From the NCBI GenBank assembly GCA_028534125.1, contig CM052816.1, positions 74,898,001 through 74,962,000 of the forward strand: 64,000 nt of DNA. The letters run 5' to 3'. Source of the DNA: Lama glama. Its lineage: Eukaryota. The stretch's first letter is position 1; every line of letters begins with the position of its first letter. Below, piece by piece: positions 12,388 through 25,670 of the stretch. The notes beneath the pieces are model-generated. The model saw only the letters and a list, made by a program, of their open reading frames with translations. It did no database searches and had not been told where the DNA came from. The position numbers were made by a program, and so were the translations under genes.

Positions 12388-15300
12388 TTAAAAATTTTAT
12401 TTAGTTATAGTCAGCTTACAATGTTGTGTCAATTTCCAGTGTAGAACACAATTTTTCCATTATACATGAAGTCACATACTTTTTCACCATGAGTACCACA
12501 AGATCTTGTATACATTTCCCTGTGCTATACAGTATAATCTTGTTTATCTATTCTATGTATACCTGTCAGTACCTACAAATTTTGAACTCCCAGTCTGTCC
12601 CTTTCCAAACCCCTTCCCCCTGGCAACCACAAGTTTGTATTCTATGTCTATGAGTCTGTTTCGGTTCTGTATTTTACATTTACTTGTCATTTTCTGTTCT
12701 TTTTTTTTAGATTCCACATATGAGTGATCTCACATAGTATTTTTCTTTCTCTTTCTGGCTTACTTCACTTAGAATGACATTCTCCAGGAACACCCATGTT
12801 GCTGCAAATGGCATTATGTTGTCAATTTTTATGGCTGAATAGTATTCCATTGTATAAATATTTCACAACTTCTTTTTCCAGTCATCTGTTGATGGACATT
12901 TAGGCTGTTTCCATGTCTTGGCTGTTGTAAGTAGTGCTGCTATGAACATTGGGGTGCAGGTGTCATTTTGAAGTAGGGTTCCTTCTGGATACATGCCCAG
13001 GGGCAGGATTACTGGGTCATATGGTAAGTCTATTCCTAGTCTTTTGAGGAATCTCCATACTGTTTTCCACAGTGGCTGCACCAAACTACATTCCCATCAG
13101 CAGTGTAGGAGGGTCCCCTTTTCTCCACAGCCTCTCCAGCATTTGTCATTTGTGGATTTCTGAATGATGGCCATTCTGACTGGTATGAGGTGATACCTCA
13201 TTGTAGTTTTGATTTGCATTTCTCTCATAATTAGTGATATTGAGCATTTTTTCATGTGCCTATTGATCATTTGTATTTCTTCCTTGGAGAATTGCTTGTT
13301 TAGGTCTTCTGCCCATTTTTGGATTGGATTGTTTGTTCTTATTAAGTCTTATGAGTTGCTTATATATTCTGGAGATCAAGCCTTTGTCGGTTTCATCTTT
13401 TGAAAAATTTTCTTCCATTCCATAGGTTGTCGTTTTGTTTTGTTTATGGTTTCCTCTGTTGTGCAGAAGCTTGTAAGTTTCATTAGGTCTCATTTGTTTA
13501 TTCTTGCTTTTATTTCTGTTGCTTGGGTAGACTGCTCTAGAACATTTTTGAGATGTATGTGAGATAATGTTTTGCCTATGTTTTCTTCAAGGAGGTTTAT
13601 TTTATCTTGTCTTATGCTTAAGTCTTTGATCCATTTTGAGTTTATTTTTGTGTACGGTGTAAGAAAGTGTTCTAGCTGCATTGATTTACATGCTGCTGTT
13701 TAGTTTTCCCAACACCATTTGCTAAAGAGACTGCCTTTATTCCATTGTATATTCTTGCCCCCTCTACTGAAGATTAGTTGACCAAAAGTTTGGGGGTTCA
13801 TTTCTGGGCTCTCCATTCTGTTTCATTGGTCCATATGTCTGTTTTTGTACCAATACCATGCTGTTTTGATTAATGTAGCTCTACAGTATTGTCTGAAGTC
13901 TGGGAGGGTTTTTCCTCCAGCCTCTTTCTTTTTCTTCAGTAATGCTTTGGCAATTCTAGGTCTTTTGTGATTCCATATAAATTTTGTTATGATTTTTTTC
14001 TATTTCTGTGAAATATGTCCTGGGTAATTTGATGGGGATTGCATTATTTTTAAGTCTTCTTTAATTTCTTTAATCAATGTTTTATAGTTTCCCATATATA
14101 AGTCTTTCACCTCCTTGGTTAGATTTATTCCTAAGTATTTTATTACTTTGGGTGCTATTTTAAAGGGGATTGTTTCTTTACTTTCTTTTCCTACTGATTC
14201 ATCATTAGTGTAAAGAAATGCAACTGATTTTTGTACCTTAATTTGCAACCTGCTACCTTGCTGAATTCTTCCATTAGTTCTAGTAGTTTCTATATGGACC
14301 TTTTAGGGTTTTCTATATATAGTATCATGTCATCTGCATATAGCAAAAATTTTACCTCTTTTTTTCCAATTTGGATCCCTTTTATTTCTCTCTCTTGCCT
14401 GACTGCTGTGGCTAGGACTTCTAAGACTATGTTGAATAGGAGTGGTGAGAATGGACAGCCTTGTCTTGTCCCAGATTTTAGTGGAAGTTTTTGAGTTTTT
14501 CACTGATGAGTACTATGCTGGCTGTAGGTTTGTCATATATAGCTTTTATTATATTGAGATATGTTCTCTCTAGACCCACTTTGGTGAGAGTTTTTATCAT
14601 ACATGGGTGTTGAATTTTATCAAATGCTTTTTCTGCATCTATTGAGATGATGTGGTTTTTGTCCTTTCTTTTGTTGATGTGATGTATTACATTGATTGAT
14701 TTGAGTACGTTGAACCATCCTTGTGTTCCTGGGGTGAACCACACTTGATCATGGTGTATAATCTTTTTTATGTGCTGTTGGATTCTATTTGCTAATATTT
14801 TGGTAAGGATTTTTGCATCTATGTTCATCAGTGATATTGGTCTGTAATTCTATTTATTGGTGGTGTCTTTGCCTGGTTTTGGTATCAGGGTGATGGTGGC
14901 ATCATAGAATGAGTTTGGGAGTATTCCCTCCTTTTCAATCTTCTGCAATAGTTTGAGAAGGACTGGTATGAGTTCTTCTTTGTATGTTTGGTGGAATTCC
15001 CCAGTGAAGCCATCCAATCCTGGACTTTTATTTGTAGGTGTTTTTTTTATTGCTAATTCAATTTCATTTCTAGTGATCGGTTTCTTCAAGTGGTCAGTTT
15101 CTTCTTGATTCAGTCTTGGTGGACTGTATGTTTCCAGAAACTTGTCCATCTCATCTAAGTTATCCATTTTGTTTCCATATGGTTGTTCATGATATTCTCA
15201 TATGACATCCTGTATTCCTACGTTATTGGTTGTAATTTCTCTATTTTCCTTTCTTATTTTGCTTATTTGTGCTCTCTCTTTTCTCTTTTTTGTGAGCTTT

Positions 15301-16449
15301 GCCAGAGGTTTGTCGATTTTATTTACTCTTTCAAGAAACCAGCTCCTGGTTTGATTGATTTTTTTCTATTGTTTTTTTAACCTCTATTTTATTTATTCCC
15401 TCCATGATCTTTATTATTTCCATCCTTCTGCTGACTTTGGGGGGTTTTTTGCTCTTCTTTTTCTAATTCTTTTAGTTGGTGGGTTAGATTGTTTTTTTTT
15501 GAGGTTGTTCTTCTTTTTTGAGGAAAACCTGTACCACTATAAACTTCCCTCTTAGCACTGCCTTTGCTGTGTCCGGTAAATTTGGTGTGGTTGTGTTTTC
15601 ATTGTGATTTGTCTCAAGGTATTTTTTAATTTCAACTTTGATTTCATCATTGATCTATTGTTTTTTAGTAGCATGTTGTTTAATCTTCATGCTGTCATTT
15701 TTTTCTCCTTTGTTTGTGGTTGATTTCTAGTTTCATGGCATTGTGGTCAGAAAAGATGCTTGACATAATTTCTGTCTTCTTAAAATTGTTGAGGCTTCTT
15801 TTGTGCCCAAGTACATGACCAATCCTAGAAAATGTTCCATGTGCACTTGAAAAGAATGTATATTCTATTTTGGGGGGGGCTGTGATGTTCTGAAAATATC
15901 CATCAAATCTAATTTTTCTATTGTATCATTTAATCTCTCTGTTGCCTTATTTATTTTCTGTCTGGAAGATCTGTTCAGTGATGTTAAAGTCTCCAACAAT
16001 GACTGTATTCCCATCAATTTCCCCCTTTATCTCTGTTAGTAGTTGCTTTATGTACTTCGGTGCTCCTATATTGGGTACATATATATTAACGAGTGTAATA
16101 TCCTCATCTTGTATTACTCCTTTAATCATTATAAAATGTCCTTCTTTATCTTTCTTTATGGCCTTTGTTTTAAAGTCTATTTTGTCTGAAAACAGTATTG
16201 CTACTCCTGCTTTCTTGTCATTTCCATTTGCATGGACTGTCATTTTCTACCCTCTCACTCTCAATCTATATGTGTCCTTCTTCCTAAAGGGTCTCTTGTA
16301 TGTAGCATATTGAAGGTTCTTGCTTTATTATCCTGTCTGCCACTCTATGTCTTTTGACTGGAGCATTTAGTCCATTGACATTTATAGTAATTAATGATAG
16401 TTGTGTGTTTATTGCCATTTTCAACTGAGTTTTGCAGTTGATTTGGTAT
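12388..16449 (-). mobile_element. LINE-1, ~4.06 kb, 5'-truncated just upstream of ORF2; ORF2 disrupted
   Basis: Successive minus-strand ORF fragments are L1 ORF2: MAINTQLSLITINVNGLN (ATG at 16418), [39 protein letters not shown]. Perfect 15 bp TSD TTGGATGATACTTTT at 12373-12387 and 16450-16464, in a TT/AAAA endonuclease context. Confidence 0.97.
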
Positions 16450-16911
16450 TTGGATGATACTTTTAAAATAATTTTAATATAAGTCAGTTGTAGCTCTTTA
16501 CAGTTCACACAATGTTTAGAATCTAAAGTCAATTTCTAAGTTGTGAAGAAATGTGTAGTCAAAATATACCTTGAAAATCTCTTAAATTATCCAAAGAATA
16601 CATATACATACTTTAATTTATAATGTTTTAAGTGCACAATGTACACATTAGTATATGAAATGTAATAAAAAGCAAATATGCAAAATATCCTTTTACAGTG
16701 ATTTTCTGTTAAATTTTTTACTATGTAATGTTACTAAACTATGCTCATTGTTTCATTTGTGTACATTAATGATGCAACACTACTCTAGGAAATTAGTGTC
16801 ATAAAATAGGTGCAAGCTATGAAATTTCAGAGGAAGAAGGATTCAACCCTCAAATCATCTTTATAGTAAACATTTTCCTGGTAGAATACCTGCTTGTTTT
16901 TAATAACCAAA

Positions 16912-17328
16912 TGTATTAGTCAGGGTTCTGCAGAGAAACAGGACCATTTGGTTATGTGTACACATATCAGGGGAGAGAAAGATTTATGTTAAAGAATTGG
17001 CTCACACAACTGTGTAGTCTGGCAAGTCCAAAATCTAGCAAGCTGGAGATCCAAGGAAGAGTTAAAGTCTAAAGGGAGTCTTCTGAAAGAATCCCTTCTT
17101 CTCAGGGAGGGGACAATGTCAGGTCAATCTTGTTTTCTTTTCAGGCCTTCAGGCTGCTGGATGAGGCCCAATCACTTTATGGAGAACAATCTGCTTTACT
17201 CAAAGTCTGCTGACTTAAATACTAGTCTCATCTAAAAAATATCTTCACAGAAACAGCTAGAACAATGTTTGACCAAATATCAGAGTACTGTGGCCTTGTC
17301 AAGAGGACACATAAAATTAACCACCAAA
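16912..17328 (-). mobile_element. MLT2 (ERVL) solo LTR
   Basis: tgtattagtcagggttctgcagagaaacag...gacacataaaattaaccaccaaa; flanks ccaaa/ccaca resemble a 5 bp TSD. Confidence 0.85.
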
Positions 17329-17351
17329 CCACACAGAAGGTTTTTATAGGA

Positions 17352-17600
17352 CAGGTAATCAAACTATAGCCACAGGCCAAATTCAGTCTGCCTGTGTTTT
17401 TGTGTAACCCACAAGTTAAAATAGATTTTTACATTTTTAAATGAATGGGGGTGGGGGAGATCATAAGAAGAACACATGAAAATTATATGAAATTCAAATT
17501 TCCAAGTTCATAAATAAAGCTTTATTGGAACATAGCCAGGCTCAACTGACTTATGCATTGCCTATGGCTGACCCTTTATGGAAAAAGTTTGCCAATCTCT
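17352..17600. mobile_element. MER58-like hAT-Charlie element
   Basis: caaactatagccacaggccaaattc...aaataaagctttattggaacatagcc...aaaagtttgccaatctct. Confidence 0.75.
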
Positions 17601-17669
17601 ATTCTAGAAAATATTCGTATTTTCTATTCATTCATATTTATATCCTCAAGACTCCAAACAACATTTTTT

Positions 17670-18363
17670 AATTTGCATTTTTTTAATTGAAGTATAGTCA
17701 GTTTACAATGTCAATTTCTGGTATACAGCATAATCTTTCAGTCAAACACAAACAAATATATGTATTTGTTTTCATATTTTTTTCATTATAGGTTACTACA
17801 AGATATTGAATGTAGTTCCCTGTGCTATACAGTATAAACTTGTTGTTTACCTAGTTTATATATAGTAGTTAGTATCTGCATATCTCAAACTTCCAATTTA
17901 TCCCTTCCAACCCCTTTTACTTCCTGGTAACCATAAGTTTGCTCTCTCTGTTTCTGAATCTGTTTCTGTTTTGTAAATAAGTTTATTTGTGTCTCTTTTT
18001 AGATCCCACAAAAATAAATGGTACCATATAATATTTGTCTTTTTCTATCTGATTTCACTTAATATGATAATCTCTATTCCATCCATGTTGCTGCAAATGG
18101 CATTATTTTATTCTTTTTATGGCTGAGCAGTATTCCACTGTGTATATGTACCACATCTTTTTTATCCATTAATCCATCAATGGACATTTAGGTTGCTTCC
18201 ATGTCTTGGCTATTGTAAGTAGTTCTGCTGTGAACATTGAGGTGCGTGTGTCTTTTTGAATTATACTTTCCTCCAGATATATGCCCAGGAGTGGGACTGC
18301 TGGGTCGTATGGTAAGTCTATTTTTAGTTTTTTAAGGGACCTCCATACCGTTCTTCATAACGG
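17670..18363 (-). mobile_element. LINE-1 3' end (lineage-specific 3' UTR plus ORF2 end)
   Basis: ttaattgaagtatagtcagtttacaatg...gttgctgcaaatggcatta...ggtaagtctattttt; related aacattttt flanks suggest a decayed TSD. Confidence 0.92.
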
Positions 18364-18540
18364 CCAAACATTTTTAATAAAAGGATGTGCAGAAAAATTT
18401 CAAGTTACACTCAAATACAGTAACTAGGGCATAGAATCACATTTACGTATGGTGCCTGAGAGACACCACTATGTCATATTTTATATGACAAAATGATAAG
18501 AAGCCTTTGTTATAAACTGGCCTTAAGTCTCTTAGACTAC

Positions 18541-18951
18541 TATATTGCTTTGCTATGGCTGCTGTAACAGTGTAACACAAATTGGGTGGCTTAAGCACAG
18601 AAACATAATGTTTTATAGTTATGGAGGGTAGAAGTCCAAAATCAAGATTACTGGTAGAGTTTTCCCTTCTAAGGTCTGTGGGCATGGCCTCTCTCTTTGG
18701 CTTATAGATGGCCATCTTCCCCCTGAGTCTCTTCACATCATCTTGCCTCTATGCATATCTCTTTATGCCTATCCAAGTTCCTCCTTTTTATAAGAACCTC
18801 AGTCTTACTGGATTAGGACCCATCCTGATGACCTCACTTTAACTTGATTACCTCTGTAAAGACCCTATCTCCAAATAAAGTCACATTCTGAGATACTGGG
18901 GATTTAGATTTCAACATATGAGTTGGAAGGGAAACAATTCAATCCATAACA
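18541..18951 (-). mobile_element. MLT1 (A-C-like) solo LTR
   Basis: ggctgctgtaaca...gggtggcttaa...gaagtccaaaatcaag...aaagaccctatctccaaataa...caattcaatccataaca. Confidence 0.88.
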
Positions 18952-20050
18952 AGAACATACAAAAAAATTATCAGCATAAATGTTGCAAATGTTTTAACTT
19001 AAATTTTGACCAATCTCTTATGAAGATTTACCAAAGAATTTCTTTGTGTTTCTTCAACAAAACCTGGGTAAGAGGGATTCAGTTAAGTTCTCTGATACTG
19101 ATGGTTTGTCTCAAGTTTCTCCATTGTTACCCAATTTGTCAGTACTATCATTTTCTATAACCATTCTGTAAACGACTTTTACAATCCCTCTTTTCTTCCT
19201 TCTCGACTTCCTTTAAAATTTATATTTATACATCACTTGGTAAATATCAACTCGCACAGGAAGCTCACTGGTTTTCTATGTAATTTTTGTCTGTGCTTTT
19301 ATAAGAAATTTATTTATTGCTGTGTGTTATTTGCCACTTCATTATTGTAAAGGTGTTTGGATCATAGTATGTTACACATGTTATTTCATATAAGGTAACT
19401 ATAATTTGGTTTAAGTGTTTTAAACCTTAATATAGTTTCTTACTTATACATAGGCATCCATATTATAGCAACTTCTTAGAAAATTGACTGGGGGGTTTTG
19501 GCATGATATAAAACACATTACAATTTTTCTCCTTTAACATAATGGGAAATAAACTCTTGATTAGCATTTTCATGCAGAGCTTCTGACTTAGAAGTTGTTT
19601 ACTGACATTAAGTACAGATGCCAGTATTTCTCAGTGGAGAGATGACAGAAAGGTAGCAACTGAACTGTGATTTCATGTACTTGATTTCATGAAAACTAAG
19701 AGTAGTGCTTCAGGCTAAGGTAAAAGACAATGAAGTGTAGAAATATAAAAAGTGCCAAACATTTGAAAGACTAGTTACATGACAGCGCTTGATACACATG
19801 GAAGAGTATATAATCAGGGCTTCATCAGGAAATGTTAGATCACATAGCATCTTGAGTTCCAAGCTAAGGGGTTAAGAATATACTGACAGGCAAAAGAAGG
19901 TCATATTTATATATTTTTAATATGTTGATTTTTTAAAATGAGGAATCCAAAAGCTTGCTTGAGTAGGCAAAGAGGAGGGTTAAAACTAGGTATAATTTGG
20001 CCAATGTGACTTGTTTGGGACAGAAATGGATTAAAAGTTTTGGTTAAAAT

Positions 20051-20533
20051 TTTTTTAAAAATGGGCAGAAGACCTTAATAGACATTTCTCCAAAGAAGAC
20101 ATACAGATGGCCAACAGGCCCATGAAAAGGTACTCAACATCATTAATTGTTAGATGAATGCAAATCACAACTATCATGAAGTATCATCTCACATCGGTCA
20201 GAATGCTCATCATCAAAAAGTCTACAAATAATAAATGCTGGAAAAGGTGTGGAGAAAGGGAACCTTTCTACCCTGTTGGTGGGAAGTAAATTGGTACACT
20301 TACTATGGAAAATACTCTGGAGGGTCCTTAAAAAACTAAAAATAGAGTTATCATATGATCCAGCAATCCCACTTTGGGACAAACATATGGAAAAGATGAA
20401 AACTCTAATTTGAAAAGATATATGCACCTCAATTTTCATAGCAGCACTATTTATCATAACCAAGACATGGAAGCAACCAAAGTGTCCATCAACAAATGAC
20501 TGGATAAAGAAGATGTGGTATATTTGGTGTGTG

Positions 20534-20571
<38 letters not shown>

Positions 20572-21005
20572 CATATATATATGTGTGTATGTATATATAT
20601 ATATATATATATATAATGGAATACTATTTCAACCATAAAAAAGAATTAAATAATGCCATTTGCAGGAACATGGGTGGACCTAGAGATTATCAATTAAGTG
20701 AAGTCAGACCGAGAAAGACAAGTATTATATGATATCATTTATAAGTAGAATCTAAAACATAGTACAAATGAACTTATTTACAAAACAGTAACAGATTCAC
20801 AGACATAGAAGACAAACTTACGGTTACCAAAGGAGAAGGGAGGAGGGATAAATTGGGAGTATGCAATTAACAGATGCACACTACCATATATAAAATAAGC
20901 AACAAGGATTTACTGTATGGCACAGGTAACTATATTCAATATCTTGTAATAAACTATAATGGAAAAGAGTTGGAAAAAAGTATATACGTGTATATATACA
21001 TATAC

Positions 21006-21038
<33 letters not shown>

Positions 21039-21123
21039 ATTTTGCTGTACACCTGAAACTAACACAATATTGTAAATCAAATATACTTCAATTTTAAAAA
21101 GAAAGAAAATAAAAGGAAAAGGA
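20051..21123 (+). mobile_element. LINE-1 3' end (~1.07 kb)
   Basis: aaaatgggcagaagacc...gacatttctccaaagaagacatacagatggccaacagg through the 3' UTR and A-rich tail. Decayed 18 bp TSD AAAAGTTTTGGTTAAAAT (20033-20050) / AAAAGGTTTGGGTAAAAT (21124-21141). Confidence 0.93.
20527..20614. repeat. Compound (GT)n/(AT)n microsatellite inside L1
   Basis: Directly visible gtgtgt...atatat runs. Confidence 0.95.
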
Positions 21124-21145
21124 AAAAGGTTTGGGTAAAATCCTC

Positions 21146-21164
21146 AGGTGCCCCCTACTGGTGA
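21146..21164 (-). promoter_or_regulatory. Candidate CTCF site
   Basis: Minus strand TCACCAGTAGGGGGCACCT matches CCASYAGRKGGCRS without mismatch. Confidence 0.6.
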
Positions 21165-21949
21165 GGAAGAGACGACAGCACACAAGGAATATTTGATCAG
21201 TTTCTCTGCAGCTGGAACGACGGAGGAAAGACTCTTTCTTAAGATGGAATAATAAAAATATCTTAAATCAAAGTTCTCCAACAGTTGAGAGCACTATTCT
21301 CTGAAAAGTAGCCAATATTCAATAAAAGTTCAGATGGAGGGCTGAGAACAAGAGGAGAGATTTCTTCTCCAGCGATTAGAAAACATGAGCTCAGTGATTC
21401 AGTATCTTGTGGAGAAGGAAAAGTATAAATCTGTGTTTCAAAAAGCTTCAAAAATCTGAAAATGGTTTGGAAATGTATTTATAGCCTTTCACTCCAACAA
21501 GCTTCCAAGATAAGCCAAATTGGAAGCATTATATGCGGGTGCAGCTCAAAATATCTCCTAAGAACTGTTTATCCAACACCATCAGACAGTATACTTATGA
21601 GGCAAATACAGCTTATAATTTGAATCTCAAACAATCAGGTGCAAGGTGAGACTGTTCTAATTCCTTGGAAAGAGTTTCACTGTTCTATCACATCAGAGGA
21701 TGCATCCTCTCCAGCATCCCTCACGTTCTCCTGCTGTGTATTTCCTCCTTATGTTGCCCTCCTCTTCCTTAACACTTGATCTCTTTTTTCTACAAGTGAT
21801 AAGGGACATAAATGGTTGAATGTTTGGGGAAGACGAGGTGAGAGAGAAGCATTTCACTCTTCCCCTTTGTATCAAGTTTTCATCCATTGTTTTTGGAACT
21901 TTGCTAGCCCATTTTAAAAATAATCAGTTATATACTCAGATCAATCAAT

Positions 21950-22030
21950 TAATGCCCCTGTGCCTCAGTTTCCACATCTGTAAGATGAAGAGGATAAAAT
22001 ACATGGTCTTTGACATCCTTTCCAACTAGC
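21950..22030 (+). mobile_element. MIR core fragment
   Basis: ctgtgcctcagtttccacatctgtaagatgaagaggataa. Confidence 0.7.
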
Positions 22031-22779
22031 ACTACTTGGAATTGCAGAGTTCAAGGAGAGCCGTCTCTACCCCACCCCATCCATTTAAAGCTCAGAAATC
22101 TTCAGTCATTTCTCCAAGAGGCAGAAATTGAACCAAAATCAAGACTTTTGCCTGCTTATGGTTATTTCTACTCTATTCTAATTTCTTCTCATTTGAAGTA
22201 GTAAAAAGCCAGCCTACATTTCAGAGATTCAGATGGAGCTTTGAATCTACACAAGTGATCAATTTCCAAAACTAAATAATTTTTCCTAGTTCTCACATGT
22301 GTGATTTTTATGATTCTATGTATTTAAACAGTTCTGCCATTTTTGTTGCATTCAATCCAGTGTAACACATACTGTTTTAGAATTTTTAACTCTTTTAACA
22401 GACTTGGAATTCTGTTTACCTCTCAAAGATCTCAGCCATTGTATTTCTACTCCATTCACCATTAAAAAAAATTACCCACTTGCTCTCATACATTATATTC
22501 TTTGTTTTTGTTATAATTGAAGAACAACAGATTTGCTGGCTGCAAAATTTAAATTTGCTGATGATATTAAAAATAATTTTAAGTTAAAAAAAAAAGGCTT
22601 CAGCAAGCATGACTGCTCCAAATCTATAAGAAAGTTTGTCTGGATATGGTCTGTCAGAGACATTAGAGGAAAGGAATGGGTGATAAAACAACATGGAACT
22701 GACCATTTCATGAACAGGTATTTATAGGAATATAGAAAGCCAAATCACAAGCAACTGTGGTAAAAAGTTGGATACATGT

Positions 22780-22975
22780 CACAATGTTCAGCTATTGTTT
22801 TTGCCAACTCGGTATCCAATCCTTCTTCTGAAAAGAGAACCACATTTTCATTTGAAAAACTCTCCCTCTTTCTCTCTTAGTCCATGTAGGTCAAAAGCTC
22901 CTCCTGACTCCTTCAGACCATGGAAGTTGGTACCAGAATGGACATGTAACTTAAGTCAAAGTGAAGCATTATGTC
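22780..22975. mobile_element. Old ERVL-type LTR fragment (LTR33/LTR16-like)
   Basis: ccttcttctgaaaagagaaccacattttcatttg...ctcttagtccatgt...ggacatgtaacttaag. Confidence 0.35.
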
Positions 22976-23754
22976 TCTATTCTTGTCTCAACTTTCTAAT
23001 TCTATTATTGTTTAAGTTCCTTAAAGTTGTGTAGCTTTTTCCTTTGAAAAGAAAGGCTGTATTACCTGTCCAATCTATCTCATAAAATTGTTCTGAGGAT
23101 TAAATGAGTTAATACTCAACTATGGAAATCTTTCTAAGCAAGATGCGTTACAAAAGCATATGCAATTATGGTATGTATAATTGGAATCACAAAATACACA
23201 TCTTCAAAGTAAGATGTAAAACATTATTTGGGAAGTGAAATGCAATATATAAACACAAGGTGATGGTGATAACATCACAGACACTTGCTGCTGAACACCA
23301 GAGCATGAGCTCAGTGAAGCTGGAGATAAACTCACATTATCTAAGCCCATTCATCCATTTAGTTTTTCAAGGGTTTCTTGAAACCATGGTGTACCATGCA
23401 CTTACTGAGGTACACACAAAGTCTACACTGAGGATTTTATACATATACATTACATATATACAAGCAAAAAAAAAGGTTATTTAACACATACATGCATTCT
23501 CCCATCACACATCACAAAAGCAAATGATGTCTATGATGTCTAAAGAACTATAGCTATCTTGTCATTCTGAAGGAAATTGATCATATCAGGGAAAGATATC
23601 CTTGAATAAAAAGCTGAGCTAGGCAATCATTTCAAAGTTTCTACTGCTAAATGATAGAGCTCTATGTTTATCAAAACACTTTAATGAGTTTGGAGATATG
23701 ACAGGCAGGGCCATGGTTTAGATTAAGATCCTCATAGTAAGAGCCGCTCCTAAA

Positions 23755-23960
23755 TGGTACCCAGTATTTGGCTGGCACTGCTCTAAGGCCTGCACTACAT
23801 TAACTCATGTAGTGCACACCTCATCCCTATGGAAGAGTTACTCTTATCATCCTCACTACTAAGAGAGTAACTAAGCATCATCATTACACAGCTTCAAAGT
23901 AGTGGCAAAGCTGGAATTTTAACCTAGGCTCCAGCACTCTTGCTCTTAACCAGTACATTG
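23755..23960 (-). mobile_element. MIR SINE
   Basis: ggcactgctctaagg...attaactcat...agtagtggcaaagctggaattttaacctagg...tgctcttaaccagtac. Confidence 0.75.
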
Positions 23961-24147
23961 GATTGCCTTCTTAGGAGCTAAAGGAAGCAGAATCCTTCTG
24001 TTTTATAAAGTCAGAGGGCCCAATTTTTTGAAAGGCAGCAAATGGGAAGGTGAAGAATGGAGACCCATTATTATGGTCAGACAATTGAGCTCCACATGAA
24101 AAGAGATGTCCAGCTAAAATATTTTAGTGGTAGGTATGACTGATGGG

Positions 24148-24285
24148 CTTTTTTAAAAACAGCTTTATTGAGACTTAATTAATATGCCGTTCAATCCACC
24201 CATTTAAAGTGTGCAATTCAGTGGTTTTTATTTTATTCACAGAGTTGCACAATGATCACCACAATCAATTTTAAAACATTTATAA
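24148..24285 (-). mobile_element. L1M (MA/MB-like) 3' terminal fragment
   Basis: aacagctttattgagac...cacccatttaaagtgtgcaattcagtggttttta...cacagagttgcac. Confidence 0.8.
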
Positions 24286-24419
24286 CAAACTCCATTCTGA
24301 GGTAGAGTGACATAATTGCAAACCAAGTACCCAATCTCCTTCATGTTAGGTCATAGAAAATCACAGTAAATCAGCTTCCATAAGGACAGTAACATCTTTT
24401 AATCTGCATCATACTTTGA

Positions 24420-24625
24420 GATATCTATTCACATGTATGACTTCATCAGGTACTCCCAATGCAACCCTGTGCTATAATCAGGAGAATGTTGTTCATATTT
24501 TATAAACAAGAAAATCAAAACTCAGGAATATTAAATGATGGCATTAATTCACTGCAGAGAGGAACCTAAAATTCAGATCTCTTGATTCTAAATCTTATAA
24601 ATCCTGTACCACTTTTATTGTACAA
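24420..24625 (-). mobile_element. Degraded MIR
   Basis: caaccctgtg...catattttataaacaagaaaatcaaaactcag...cagatctcttgattctaaatc. Confidence 0.55.
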
Positions 24626-24853
24626 TGTTTTATCAATTATAGATAAGTGAAATATATCTGAAATCCAATGACTTCAAAAACTCTCCCATAGCTAAAAAAT
24701 ATTAAAATTATATATTTTTATCTGAATATCTATATTATTTCTTTTCCTATCACTGCTAATCATCAAGATGTCACTACACAAAAGAAAAAATTCAGCCCTT
24801 TTACTAGTTATTAAGTGTCATTTAACAGGACTGGTGTTTGTGAGATTTTGATT

Positions 24854-24867
24854 GTTACCATGGTAAT
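24854..24867. promoter_or_regulatory. Candidate RFX X-box
   Basis: GTTACCATGGTAAT is a 13/14 match to GTTRCCATGGYAAC, with a 12 bp perfect palindromic core. Confidence 0.4.
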
Positions 24868-24999
24868 AACTGCAATATCAAACTCTATTCATAAATCATT
24901 CCTAAGTAAAAAAACAAAAGAATGAGACTAAATACTGAGATGTTCTTTCATTTAAAACAGAACCTATATCTAATAATAGTAAGAATGTGTGAAAACTTA

Positions 25000-25670
25000 A
25001 ATTCAACATTTACTGCATGTCTACTATATACCAGGCCTTGTGCCAATTTCTAGTGATACAGAAACAACTACTCTCAGTTTAAAGCCATTGACATGAATTA
25101 TTTTCTTAGCAGTTTTCCCTTTCAACTAAGGTTATGTTTAGGTTCGCTACTATCTTGTCGTGATGTGTAACTAAAAATACAGGATATATATGGAATATAT
25201 AGGATACAAACAGTCCTTCATCTGATAGGAAGCCAAGAAAGAAAGGGTGCTTTCTTTATTTAACAAAGAAATAGAAAAATAATTTTAAGTGATTAAAAAC
25301 CAGTAGTAAGGTTTAGGAAGACCTAGCTCTTCTACACAGAAATTGGCAATAGGTATAAAATATCTTAAAAACATCAACTAGTAATTTCATTTCTAAGAAC
25401 TTAGCTTCATGAAACAATTATGATATTCATAAAGCTGTAATAAAAGGCTGTTCAATTAAACATGATTTATAATTTACAATAACAAAAAAGAAGAATCTAG
25501 TAGACCAAAAAAGAGATGATTGGTTAAGACAGTTATAATACAACTGTATAAAGAAACACCATGTAAGCTTCACAAAGATGAGAAGTTTTATCTATTTTGT
25601 TCACTGCCTTATCCTTGTCATCTGACACATAGTAGATGCTCAATAAATATTTTTGAATAAATTCATGAAG
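25000..25670. mobile_element. Cluster of L2 3' ends (25000-25080 minus; 25575-25670 plus) around an old L1M fragment
   Basis: attcaacatttactgcatgtctactatataccaggc; ttgttcactgc...gacacatagtagatgctcaataaatatttttgaata. Confidence 0.65.

Noticed and set aside
21501..21540. GCTTCCAA/TTGGAAGC 8 bp inverted repeat and ATGCGGGT (GCM-type motif)
   Set aside because: Short single matches with no supporting context.
22533..22727. KFADD motif in a short ORF, suggesting a reverse transcriptase gene
   Set aside because: An isolated five-residue match. At most a tiny CR1/L3 relic, with no other RT motifs around it.
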